A stretch of 50,730 nt of DNA, counting the filler, from Catajapyx aquilonaris (taxonomy: Eukaryota), in NCBI GenBank assembly GCA_000934665.2. It is 3 parts of 3 records of this genome, joined end to end, with 100 filler letters (N's around TTAATTAATTAA, not from the genome) between each part and the next. Parts side by side here need not be neighbours in the genome. Positions count along the whole stretch, not along the records: positions 1 to 16,766 come from KZ539644.1; 2 more parts are not named here. The stretch is one strand, 5' to 3'. The notes under the pieces are model-generated. The model was not told where the DNA came from. It did not search any database and saw only the letters and a list, made by a program, of their open reading frames with translations. Below are positions 1 to 11,500 of the stretch, piece after piece (position 1 is the first letter of the stretch; each line of letters opens with the position of its first letter). Position numbers and translations under genes: made by a program.

Positions 1-1764
1 GAGCCAAATAAGATCTGAAAAGCTGATAGTTCACAACAGTTTAATTTTAATGTACATTTAATGCAAGTTTTCGGTAAATTTATGCAAATTTTAAGATATT
101 CTAAAAGCAAAAAACAAGTACGGAAGGGAAAATGGGGGGAGGGGGAAGCAATGCCCTGAATGCTCAAGGACCCAACTCTACTGCAGCACTCCCATACGCA
201 TCCCCCAGGCCCTAGCCCAGTGTCCCGCCCCGAAGCTAGGCATTTATGTCCGACAGCACTGCGTCCGCCCGTAGACAAAAGTAGACAAAAGGTGCATTTA
301 GTGACTCTACATGCCCTTGGTCGTAACTTCGTTCATAAAAAATTGAACACACAAAGGTCAGTCACCTCAATACAGTTTTTCGAAAGCATGAAGAATATGA
401 TTTCCAGGGGTAAAATTATGCTCTAAAAATTTAAGTTTTCGAAAGACATTAGAGACACCGGGTTCTCTCAGAAAGTGTGGGTGTACTGCACACTAACAGT
501 GAATGGAAATAGCGTTGTACTGACCCTTATCATGTCCTCACTCCGCACATGACCCTTGGCGATACCAGGTTGTGTTCGTAAAGGCGGAGTCTGCTATTGT
601 ATCTGAATGGAACAGCACATCAGGAGCAGATCAGTCCTTCTCTGTTTGTAGTTGTACCACCTCTTCCTATAGTCGTAGCTCATAGAGAGTACGAATAGAG
701 CACATGCGGATCTTCCTGACATTCCACTCGTCGTTTTGCATACTCGGATGTTTTTGGCCGCATTTGTGCATCGTGAGGGGTTACATTTCGTGTGGTACAT
801 CACGTTTAGAATATCGGCACGGAGATGGCAGGCAGATGAGGCGCTCTTTGCGTGGTGGGATATGGTGGAGCGTGCGTAATTTTTCATCCCAAGAATCATC
901 CTGTGACTCAAAATATTCTTCGCTCGAGAGGTCTTGCCTTGAAATTTAAATAGAGCCGCGGTGAAGTTTATAACTACGCCTCATGAATTCAAAAAACTGT
1001 GTACTAAAATGCCCTCGGAATCATTACGGTACACCCTAGACCCTACATATACCTTATACCTCATACACCTCATGGGCTCACGGCTCCAACTCCAGGAATT
1101 TCTCCAGCCACTTCTTTCCTGCTACTCCAATTGGTGTTCCCGTTTCTATTATATGCAGTAGGGTGTCAAAGTTCTTTAAAAAATGAAATAAATGATGTCC
1201 AGCTTATTGCCAAATATTTAGATTCACCCATCTGACCGTGTCCTTGTCGAACGTTCAGGAATGTGTAAGAGTTACCTGCGCATGGCAATCCCAGAAGGTC
1301 CACTGCCTTGGTCAGTTCTTCATTGCTTTTTTCCATTCTCAGAACCTTGTCATGGATGTCATACTCCGGTAATGTCTGTGTCTTTTTGTCAAACGGCGGG
1401 AAATATACCTGCGACCCACGGTGGCTGGTAGTGACCTTTATCTCTGCCGTTTGGGTGGCCAAAGTGTTGCACTTAGGTGGCCTCTCCACCTTGAGGAATT
1501 AGGGGGTGACAAAATAATGGCCTGCTATGATGTATCTGTTACCAATAGTAACACCTTTTCCTAGTAACCAAGTACATTTTCACAGTTTCTCCTCTACTGT
1601 ATGCCTGGTTAAGTGCTTTTTAACAATCCTGGAAAATTTATTTCTGTCCGTAGCTGGTGGCAACATAACTTGCTAGTTATTGTTCAAGTCAAAAGTTTTC
1701 ATTTGATTCATGTTTAATACAGGCTCCTCATTCGTCAAACTTTGTCATATGCGATACAAGTTCC

Positions 1765-2070
1765 TTAATTCAAGGAACTTGGCCTTATGGTTTTCCTGTC
1801 TGGCAGTTTATAGGCATGATGGAGGCCGTGCGCAAACCTCCGGAAGTCCTGGTCTTCCACAATGGAAAACGTATGCCTTGTAAAATATTGCAGAGGTCTT
1901 CGTCGTCGTGTTTTTTTTTCCTGTTGCATGAGTTTCTGCATTTCTCCCATTCTCCGGACCAGATGTGAGAATCATGGTTAGATGCTTTTACCATCGTCGT
2001 TGCGGAAAATCAAATATCAGGTTATCCTTGTTAGCAAGCGACAGGTGATGCAGGCCATCGTCTACATCAG
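1765..2070 (-). mobile_element. Decayed hAT (Ac/ZBED-like) transposase fragment
   Basis: ORF 1765..1950 contains TFSIVEDQDFRRF...YKLPDRKTI, resembling the PFSIVEDxGF...YxLPSRKT segment of Ac/ZBED hAT transposases; frameshifted. Confidence 0.55.
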
Positions 2071-2559
2071 TCAGACCCTGCATGAACTGCAGCTTGAAGA
2101 AACTGCAGGACCTCCATCACAGCATCATGCTTTTCTTTCATTAGCTGCACTCGCATCTCATGCTTCATTTACAATCATATCTCTCAGTGCTTTGGCTCCC
2201 ATGAGCTTCATCTGACAAATATTTGATGCTGTTAAGTCAGTATTTTGGTAATGAAATCTTGATGCAAAAAAGTGCAAAATAATTTGAATTTCGTGCCAAT
2301 ACTTAGCTTTGTATGGGTATCTTCAGAAAATATGCCGTCATAGATACAGCAGGATATTGGGGGCAGGCGAAGGGGCTTTTGTCTCTGTTTAGCAAAATTC
2401 CGAGAATCCTTTTAAACCCTCCTATTCTTTGAGTATTTGCGGCTGTATACCAAAATTATCGTGTAGCATTCTTGCAATAGTTATGCTACATCATTGTTGG
2501 GCACTATCACATCCCCAAAGACTCCTTTCTCATGTGCGATGATGATGATGATAATAAGG

Positions 2560-2690
2560 TCCAGGTGATTGACACAATAGCCAGTTTGTGGCGCCTGTAA
2601 CATCCTATTACATATGGAAATCCTAAAAGCTGCTCCGAATTGGACTACTTTGGAATTATCGCAATGGCCTCCAGCTTTCACCAGCTTGAT
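2560..2690 (-). mobile_element. P-element-type transposase C-terminal remnant
   Basis: GGHCDNSKVVQFGAAFR...PQTGYC resembles the GGxxDNPTxxQFxxAFR...GNC motif of P/THAP9 transposases. Confidence 0.4.
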
Positions 2691-2884
2691 ATCCTGGTCG
2701 CCTGGCGTGTTGACGTGACGCAGATGCACTTGGAGGACATGGTGCCCAAGGACAGTTGTGTGTCGCAAACAGATGTTTTTGCGCCTGATTCACGGTTGTG
2801 CAGTCAGGATCACTCATGTCGCAGGCTGATTTTTATAAGGACCTACTCACATGTTTCAAATGTGCACACATTATAAATAATATG

Positions 2885-3265
2885 ATCGGAAAGGAGACAG
2901 TCAGGACCGCATCCAGCTGAACCAGGTCCTCCTCGAGGACCCCCCGGAACGGGAGGTACGCGTTGATAAGCGTAAACTCAAGATCGCCACAGCGAATGGT
3001 GTACGCCTCGATGGTAGGGCTTGACACCGTCGCCAGCCGAACAGCCCTATAGTACCGCCATCATAGACGACCAAGGCAACAGAACCCTCCTTTCTCGCAT
3101 GCGTGCAACGGTTTAGCTTGTGACGTAAGCTTGGAACGTAAGCTTGGAACGTGGGGCTCCTGAAAGCAGAGAAGGCTCAACCCGCGCCACGCTTCTGCGA
3201 CAAACGCCAGGCAAACAAGCGCCCGGCAGCTAAGCCGTAGCGACACGCAATTCACGAACCGTTCC
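2885..3265 (-). mobile_element. APE-type endonuclease fragment of a non-LTR retrotransposon (frameshifted)
   Basis: Motifs in the expected order across ORFs 3061..3333 and 2833..3027: VNCVSLR, LLCFQEPHV, GSVALVV (manual translation), FTLINAYLP. Confidence 0.65.
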
Positions 3266-3266
3266 C

Positions 3267-6200
3267 TTTTTGGTTGGCCTAGGTGTCGCCCCCTTTCGCC
3301 GGCACCACTCTCCCTCACAGGAAGGAGGGGCATATACCAAAAGAAACGTCATCTACTCCTCCGCACACCACTCCTCGTGCAATGATCCTAGCGTCATTTC
3401 GCGTAGGCGGGACCCCCCCCCCCCCCCCNCGCCTACCGTTAAAGATTCTCAGGATGTCCAAGGTTCCTTGAAGAACCTCTCGGGACAGAGCCTGTGTGAG
3501 TCCGCGGATCTGAACCCCCCATAGACTTGAGAGCTCTCCGCGTCACCCCAGGAACAACTCCCCGGCACCATTTGGCAAGCCAATGACCCGGGGAGGCAGA
3601 ACACCGGGTACCAAAGAACACAGGGGGATAAGCCCCGCGTCCTTGGCTGCCTTCTCCAAAGAGTCACCACGTTTCATCCGCACTGTGACATCTACGATGA
3701 GCGTTTGTCCTTCAGGACTGGTGGCTACAATGTCGAGAATCAACGTTCCCACGCTCGTCTGGTATCGGGGTTGCTCAATCACTTTATAGTCTTTACACAT
3801 CAGCGCGTCCACAACGAGGGCTTGCACTCTGTCGCACTATGCGGGCCGGCTTCACCGAGTGGCACCATCCACTGACGTGCCCCAAGGACTCCACCGGCCA
3901 ATCGCACCGCCTGCAACGCCGATCCACACCCGCACGCCCCCTGGACAACACCTCCCGCAAGGGGAAAGTGTTAGTCCGGAACTGCAAGGCGGCCATGCAG
4001 CTCCCGGCCTTCAACCCCTGCCCCCCAAGGCGAGGGGCGATCCTCCTATTGGAGTCTGGGTTGTTCTGATAGTCCTGCGCGCCCGCTCCTTGAGTCTTTT
4101 GATTCGACCATTTTTGGGCGTAGTGCTTTCGAAAGTCGAATCCCAGTGGTTCCGCTACTCGCTCACACACTTTGCCATCCTAGCATCTCCCTCCTCTATC
4201 CCGACGACGGCGTCCCAGGTCGGGTCTCCCTCAGCGAGTAGCTTCTTCAACCGCCTGTGAATGATCCTGGGGACTATCGCCTGAAAACAGGGTAGCCCCA
4301 ACCCCCAGTCCATACTCCGGCAGTACTCCAGAGATGTAGAGGTGGCGTGGTGTAGGTGCAACCAACCTTTCACACACTTCAGGACCCCGGAATCCAAACG
4401 CCGGAAGGAGCCCTCTAGTGGGGGCCCTGTCTCAGGGCAGAGGGTGCAGCAGGCGTGGCAGAAAGGAGGTACAGAGCAGAGCCACCTTCTGGCTCGGCTT
4501 GAGAGCCGCTTTATCGATGGCAGCAATCCCGTTGGCAAGCATGCCCTCGATGGTCCCTGCTGCCCTCCCCCAAGGGTGCAGTTTTGTGCCCAAGTACTTC
4601 AGGTACTCGTCGGGCGCGACACGCGGGATCCCCTACCCTTGGAGAACGAACTCTCGTTCGGGGAGGCAGAAGGTCTTACCCATACCCTGTATGGCGAATT
4701 GCCGGCACTTGGCCGGGTTCGCCGTCATGTCCGCCCATCCCAAGAATTCTTGGACCAAGGCTAGCAGGCAGTCAAGGTTGCCCTCTGACGGGGATAGCAG
4801 CACCAGGTCGTCCGCAAACCCTAGCACGGCAAGGTGTTCGCCGTTAGTCCTCGTCCCCAGCCCGGAGGACTGGAGCACATGCAACAGACCGTCCAAGGCC
4901 ATGTTGAAGAGAACCGGGCTGAGTGGGTCTCCCTGGCGCACTCCCCTCTTAATAGGGATCCTCTTCGTTCTCGCTTGGCCAAGCTGAACTTGGGTCGAGC
5001 CCCCGTCATACATATCGCGTATGAGGTCAATCAATGTGGAGGGAGCCCCGGAGCGTGCCAATGCATGCCAGATGTGATTGTGCTGGACGCTGTCAAAGGC
5101 CTGCTTCAGATCAAGTGAGCATACCTTCAGAGTATCGTGAGAACGCTTCGTATTGTGGATCACCTGGCCCAGGATTCCAATATTCCTAGGCAGGCCAGGC
5201 CCCGGGCAGAACCCCCGCTGCTGGGGGCACAGGTTCACTGACGCCGCTACGCGCCTCGCCCACAGCCCGGCATATACACGCGCCACCACGGACGTCACAG
5301 TAATCGGGCGCCAGTCGTCGACTCGCTCAGACTGGTTGTCCCCCTTAGGGAGAAGGACTGTCCGACACTGCTTCAGGCTCCGTGGCAGTCTGCGGTACGC
5401 CATAAGATGTTGTATAGAGCAGCAAGGATTTCGGCCGGCACCTGTCGGAGTTTTCCAGCCGAGATCTTGTCAAGGCCGACGGCCGTATCATAGGCCATCT
5501 TTGCGACCTGGGCAGTCATGGGTAAGATGTTAACCCGTCTCATGGGGAGCCACTTCCAGCTCTTTGCCACGCGCTCATTCAGGGGCAGCTCGTGCCTCAT
5601 AGCCGTTTCCCTATCGCCTACGGCCGCGCTTGATCCCACTTCATGTAAAAATTCATCGATCCTTCTGTCACAGTCTCTAAAAACATTGTCACTCTCCGCT
5701 GGGTTCAACCGTTGGCTGTATACACGCTGAACCTCTTTGATCTTTAGTGGCGGTGGACGGGGTCGGGCACAAACATCCCGACCCTCCAGCAGGTCTTCCA
5801 GGAGGTCCCTCGGGCGCTTGCGTAGCTTCTCCTGGGTGGCTGCAAAAAGGTTTGTCGGTCTGGCATCGGCCTTGGGTCGATCGACCCTACGCCTTTTTCC
5901 AGCCCGCCTGCTGTTTGGCTCGATCTTAGTCGCCCGGAACACAAGTGTCCCTCCATCCCAGTCGAATTCGTCGTCATCGTTCAGGGCCGACTCAACCCCT
6001 CCGACGCCGTCTTCCGCCGCAGGCCCCTGGGATTGTTCACCTCGGGGGACTTCCGCCAACCCGCGACGCCCCTTCTCAGCGACGCCGCGAGGGCTTCCAT
6101 CCTCCTCGGCTCCCTCTCGGTCGGTAGCACCTGCGGTTTCCGAACCACGCGGGGCACAACGCTCCGAGTCCCCAACCTGGAAGGTGATTTCGCCCAGGAA

Positions 6201-7588
6201 GGTCTCTAGTTCACACTCCACCTCAGGCCACTCGTCCTGGGTGCCCTTCCTCGTTGCCAAGATGTTCAGCAACTGTGCCGCCATCTGCGTGTCTCGAGCA
6301 TCACCTCTGCACAAGGCTTCCGCAGCTGCCAGGAGCGACGCCGGGTCCAGCTCCTCGCTATCCGTGGACCCAGACTCGTCGCACTCCTCCTTCGCCCTTT
6401 CGGCCAAGTCACCCACACTTTCCCCCTGTTGTTGTGGGGGAGTCGCGGACTCGGGGTGGGGAGTCACCTTCAAACACCCTCGCCCATGTCCCCGGCCAGC
6501 TTCAGGTCCAACGGCATTTTGCTCAGAATTCGTGGTTGGGATACGCCGCTTCGGCTTGTAGGCCTCCACCGGCACGCCCTCAACTGAGTCTTTCCTTTTC
6601 CTGTGAAGCATTGCTTCCTTGCACTGACGCTTAGCGTTCCTCAGGCACGGGTGCCTGTGACGCTCGTGCTGCGAGCGCCCCCCTACAGTCTTGAAAGACT
6701 CTCCGCAGTCCACGACCGAACATTGAAACCACTTCGTACGGGGTATAGGCTTTATGCCATCTACCTCCCGGTCTTCTGGCTCTTCCTTCTCATCTCGAGC
6801 CTCTGCNNNNNNNNNNNNGGGGGGGGTGGGACGCTTTGTCTACATCCAGTGGTAGAACTGATGGCGGCACCTTTGGGAGAGGGGGGCAGAACCTCGCTAG
6901 AGGAGTCAAAACCCCCGCTCCCCCTCCGGACACCGCCGCCGTCCCACCTGGTGAGCCGGGGATAGCTGACAGGACGGATCCGGCAGCCACCCCAGAGCCC
7001 TCACCCGCTGGGTCCACAGTCGTTTCGTACTTGACCCCCGGTGTGTCGGGGATATTGTACGGGCAGACCCTCCTATGGTTTACGGCTTCTTGGACCGTTA
7101 GGGACACCCTTGCAGAGGGTTCCCCCAAACAGAACCGGCACCTATACCCGGCCACACGCACCCCGTGAGAACGGAGGTGGAGGACCGAGTTTTGGTAGCC
7201 GGCAATCTGAATGGAGCACCTTGCGCAGGTGATGGAATGCGACGGGTACAGGATGGTCGCCGTCGCCGCCTCTGGCGTGCGGACGATGGGGCCAAGTACC
7301 CAATCCCTTGGTGTTAAATCATCGTCTCCTCCAGCGAATAAAATTGGCCGAGACATTTCTGGTTACCGGGCTGGTGGGGGTACAACTGAGGACCTCAGCA
7401 ACCGGACGTTAGATCTGCCTCACCCGGCGGGACCCGTCCAGCAGACCAATACTGGACTACTGGGAGGTTGTCGCCCTATGACTCTCGCTAGCGCACGCGT
7501 AACCGAGGCGGGTTCTCGGAATTAGCGCCTGCTGCCGATGCTAGTGTGCTGCTCTTACCAGGGCCTATGTAAGATCACCTGGGCGGGA
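3267..7588 (-). mobile_element. Full-length but decayed R2 non-LTR retrotransposon (three N-terminal zinc fingers, R2-A-like)
   Basis: Zinc fingers CARC..HLRSH, CRFC..HRRVC and CSVVDC..HERHRH; RT motifs WRPIT, QRGF, SLDLKQAFDSV, GVRQGDPLSP, FADD; CCHC knuckle CRRC..ESLGHVSGWC; RLE nuclease region ILDIV..IVDVTV; several frameshifts; short A-tail at 3267-3271; 28S target sequence at the 5' junction. Confidence 0.92.
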
Positions 7589-7611
7589 TTAAGAGAGTCA
7601 TAGTTACTCCC
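7400..7611 (-). ncRNA. Candidate HDV-like self-cleaving ribozyme in the R2 5' UTR
   Basis: Element-sense GAGAGTCATAG (7476-7486) is complementary to 28S leader CTATGACTCTC (7593-7603). TCCCGCC (7426-7432) is complementary to 28S GGCGGGA and is followed by GG and later CTAA. R2 5' ends are known to encode HDV-like ribozymes; fold not computed. Confidence 0.5.
7589..7611 (-). other. 23-nt 28S rRNA fragment (upstream half of the R2 target site)
   Basis: Minus strand reads GGGAGTAACTATGACTCTCTTAA, the conserved 28S sequence immediately upstream of the R2 insertion site (..TTAA|GGTAGCC); no other rDNA nearby. Confidence 0.9.
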
Positions 7612-7771
7612 AGGTCATGCCCCATAGCCGTGTCAAAGTCACCAACAGCTTGGCTCAATCCCACTTTAGGTAAAAAGTCATTGACTGCGTCATGTCCGTT
7701 AAAATCTCCGTTCGCTCTGTGGGTTCAACCGTTGGCTAAAAGCACGCTCGACCTTTTTGATATTTAGTGGC
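7612..7771 (-). mobile_element. Fragment of a second, diverged R2 lineage
   Basis: PLNIKKVERAFSQRLNP and VNDFLPKVGLSQAVGDFDTAMGHDL align with PLKIKEVQRVYSQRLNP and IDEFLHEVGSSAAVGDRETAMRHEL of the adjacent R2 (about 5590-5751); DNA at 7721-7771 is visibly similar to 5701-5751. Confidence 0.85.
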
Positions 7772-9082
7772 ATTGCTACCTGTGCTTTCAGGAGTTGCAC
7801 AAGGGTGCCGTTCAGGCGCTCGACCATCCCGTTACCCTGCGGATGATACGAGGTAGTGAGCACCTTGTCAAATGCAAACGCCTTGCTGAGTTCGTGGAAT
7901 ATGGTGCTGTCAAACTGAGTGCCTTTGTCTACGAAGGTATTCCGAAACGACACACATGCTCCTTTATGAATGCATTCGCCACTGTGACGGCGTCGATAGC
8001 AGGCAGAGGGTAGGCTTTCGCCCATTTCGTAAAGAAGTCGACAACAACCAATATATAACGGTTTCCAGAAGTGGTACTAGGCAAAGGGCCAACCAGGTCG
8101 ATACCGAGGATTTGCATCGGTGCACCGACTTCTATAGGTTGAAGAGGGGCCTTATACCCTGTTCTGGACGATTTGGTCTGTTGACATAGTAGACATTCTT
8201 TACACCAAGTCTTCGCGTCAGCGCACATGCCAGGCCAATAAAGACGACCTTTCATACGGCTATATGTTTTTTCGAAACCGTAGTGACCTCCCGTAATGGA
8301 GTCGTGGTACATGTCAAACACAGTCTCCCCCTGTCTGGTGGTATCAACACCTTGTTGTCCGTGACGCCGAAACGTCGAAAGACTATGTCACCGTCTACAA
8401 CCAAAAAGGGCAAGTCCTTTTTCCAAACGGACGGAGAGGAGAGAGGTACTCCATGCCGCAAATGGCGACGGAGTTGCAGAATGTCTGAATCCCGGCGTTG
8501 CCACTCGGAGGCCAATGGGTACCCTTCGACAGGAGCAAAAGCGACTTCAATCTGGGCATCAGGCTGTGGGTGACGAGATAAAGCGTCCACATGAGACAGG
8601 AGCTTTCCTATTTGGTATGAAATGTGGGGTGCATATTCTTCCATCAGCAAAATCCACCGGGCGAACTTCCCTGAAGGATTCTTCATCGATCGCAGCCAAC
8701 GCAAAGGATTGTGGTCAGTAATGATCTCACATTTCTGGCCATAGATGTACGGACGGAAAGTCTTTAGTGCCTGGATCATCCCGAGAGCTTCACGTTCAAT
8801 GACGGAATATTTTTGCTCGGCTGGACTAAGCAGTTTACTAGAATACGCCAAGACCCTTTCCGCGCCATCTTGAACCTGAGCCAATATGTTGCCTATGCCA
8901 ACGGCACTAGCATCCGTGTATATTCGGAAGGGTGAAGAGAATCGCGGGTACGCCAGTATTGGAGCAGAAGTAAGCTTTTCCTTTAGAAGATCAAAAGCAG
9001 CTTGTTCCTCAGCTCTCCACCGGAAAGTGGCTTTGTCACTGGTTAAGGCGTGAAGAGGTTTCGCGATCTCTGAGAAACTGTG
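7772..9082 (-). mobile_element. Ty3/Gypsy pol fragment (connection, RNase H, integrase), no LTRs, frameshifted
   Basis: YTDAS, EREALG, TDHNPL, DALSR (RNase H region); HHCC zinc finger GGHYG..CLLCQ; integrase core GIDLVGPLP, VVDFFTKW, DKGTQF, YHPQGNGMVERLN. Confidence 0.95.
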
Positions 9083-9225
9083 TACTAGGACGATGTTATG
9101 CTTACGTTTACGCTGATGCACAATTTACGCGTATACATTTATTTACGCATACGACTTTACGCATAGCTTGAAATCTATGCGTAAAGTATGCGTAAAAGAG
9201 CTAAGAGTGCAGGGAGGGTATAAAC

Positions 9226-9382
9226 ATGTCGTTACATACATTCTTAACACTTTCGATGATCTCATCAAATTTCTCCGGTACTAGAAAGTACATAAGACCA
9301 GCCTTTGCATCGCCCTGTTCATTTCGTCTGAATTCCATCAGCAGTCGGGCCATTTGCCTCATATTTTCAGATATCTTCGTAT
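9226..9382 (-). mobile_element. Possible fragment of a tyrosine-recombinase (Crypton-like) transposon protein
   Basis: Manual translation ISENMRQMARLLMEFR...PEKFDEIIESVK resembles a segment I associate with such proteins; 12960-13170 (APGK..RLWKLVQYIIHNEI) may be the same family. Confidence 0.3.
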
Positions 9383-9955
9383 CACGGTGGAACCAGCAGA
9401 GAAAATCTGTGTGCGTGTGTGTGTTTTACTCAAGCAAGTGGCACTATATTCATGTACTGGTAACAATAATAAATGCCTGCCACTTGCGTGCTTCTTCCTG
9501 GCAACATCTCCCTACAGTGCATTCACGAGGTTTCTTTTTTGTGATTTTTGTTGCGTGGATTCCAAATGGCTTCTGCTTCGGATATGTATTTGGCCAATAT
9601 TTTTCCAATATTCTTTTGTAGGTATTGTTCAGGGGGCTTTGTAGAGGCACTTCACATATTTTTTCACCGATGGTAACATCTGCAGGGTAAGGGAGCTGCC
9701 TTTTTTGCCTGCAACAAAGCATAATAGGAGGGATACAAATGGAGCCCATGCTGAAGTGCTGTGTAGCGGAGTGTTGAGTACTGCTCTTTGGACACATGCA
9801 GTGAAATGAGCGAGTTAAGTCCTTACTCCGGCGACATGCACGTTTGCTCCAACTCTCCTTTCTTCAACTTTGCTGCAATCATCTGTTGGCCTCGAGTAGG
9901 GGCTGGTCATATTTGCCTCGGTGACAATTTTCTGCAGCTGCTTCCTTTCCTTCTT
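9383..9955 (-). mobile_element. Internally deleted Transib element, copy 1
   Basis: Terminus CACGGTGG at 9383; frameshifted translation MSPE*GL..SKEQYSTLR..LYPSYYALLQAKK..YPADVTIGEKICEVPLQ..NNT.KRIL matches the N-terminal region of Transib transposases. Confidence 0.72.
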
Positions 9956-10519
9956 TGCGCACCTTCACAGCTGTGGCAACTGACACATCTGAGGATGACG
10001 CACGTTTCCGCAGATCCTCCGTCTTCCTTCTTTTTGACATAGCTGAAGAATTCCGAGTTTTTATATGGACGACCTCGCCTACTTGCACCTAAATCGTCAA
10101 TTGTCTTTGATAAACGATTCACTGAATTGATCCATCAGCATAATCAAGAATTGAAAGATGTTAAGCCAATGTTGTTTTTTAAATCACCCCTTAATTGAGA
10201 AATGTGTATGTAAACATCTGAGGAGCTGAGGTGTAACTTGAACTCTGCGTCAACTTCCTCAGTCACGGGGCTGTCATCTGTGGCCATCCCTTCAGTCCCG
10301 TACTGCTACGAGTGTCATCCACTGGGGCATGTATTTGCGTGCCGCACTGGTGGCAGACCCACGGAGGAGGCAATTGCTACTGTCCAGCTCACGTGGTGTG
10401 TTCACATATCCATGGTGGCTTGTAGGTACTAGCAGGTCTTGTGCCTTCTGGAAGGAAGTTTTCTTTCTCATATACATCCTATCCATCCCTTGCATGCTCT
10501 TCCTCCACCAGTTTGCACC

Positions 10520-10830
10520 AGTTTGCTGATCGAATCGGCAGGCTCCACCACCAACATCCCAATATTTCTGCTCCTGTGAAAGTCACGATTTGCCTGATGA
10601 TTGCTATTCCTTGATCTGTTGCAGTGCATGGGGACAACGTCATAGTGAGTGTACCTCTCAGTGCCAGTAATTTGCACAAAATGTGTACTGGTCTTTTTGT
10701 GGCCTTCCAAGTCTTCCAGTTTGGTTTTTCCGTGTGCCACGAGACCTTCTCCACGAAGAACTGTAAAAAAGCAACCTGTAACTCTGCACAAGTTACAGGG
10801 TGCAATTAGAGTACTGGCCCAAATCAACGC
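10520..10830 (-). mobile_element. Decayed hAT (TTF-zinc-finger/ZMYM1-like) transposase remnant
   Basis: CNLC...F...G...LEGHKKTSTH zinc-finger-like spacing followed by IIRQIVTF..LPIR. Confidence 0.35.
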
Positions 10831-11199
10831 TAGTCCGGATTCTGACGATTAATTTAACGTCATGCACAATAGGCACCAATGCCCATTACATGAATGAAAG
10901 ACAGTGATGCATTTAAGTAAGCTGGAATATTTTGCACTGCCATGTAAAAGACCCCCGAATTTGTGTACTTTTGTCTTCGATCCAAGAGGAATAAGTTTTA
11001 CCCCCCTAATTAATAAAGTAAACGTGTTCTTAGAACTATTGCATTTAAAAAGCTTATTTGATGATATGACTCCAAACAGTGAACAATCTCATTCTTGAGC
11101 TGACTGCTCTGGTCTTCCTGCTCCTACTCAGGTTGTCACCTCTAAGCAGGGGTTGGACATAACCAGAAAATGTTGACAACTCATTGTCTGGGAAATGTG

Positions 11200-11500
11200 T
11201 TGCGTGTGCTGCTGTGTTCCTGTCGTCCATTAGCTCTGGGGACCAAAATCTGTGTTTTTACCGTAACTCCGGGTACAGGACCTGACTCAGGGGACATTTC
11301 TCGGTCCCCACAGCGATACACACGGTATTTGGCACTATTACTGTGGGGACGCGTCCCCACAGTTACGTATAGCACCGGTTTACAGAAGTCCATTTATCTC
11401 AACCTAGGTTAGGTTATTTTACACTCGCGTCGAAAAAGGTGTGTTTCCCAGGTACCCGTAAGTACTGTATTGGACCGCAGGTATGGGGGTGACTGCGTGT
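11200..11500. mobile_element. Non-autonomous DNA element with GGGGAC/GTCCCC motifs and a short TTAGG tract
   Basis: Shares the pattern 'aagtccattt..ctca.cctaggtt...tttacactcgc' with 33200-33630; GT-rich ends. Confidence 0.5.

Noticed and set aside
1166..1489. 107-aa ORF with LTKAVDL and VRQG, reminiscent of RT motifs
   Set aside because: Motif spacing is far too short and there is no further support
5737..6561. 274-aa Ser/Arg-rich ORF and other long ORFs antisense to retroelements or the fibre gene (e.g. 17418..18281, 44366..45208)
   Set aside because: Shadow frames of GC-rich coding sequence on the opposite strand
7589..7611. 28S rRNA gene
   Set aside because: Only 23 nt match; neither flank is rDNA
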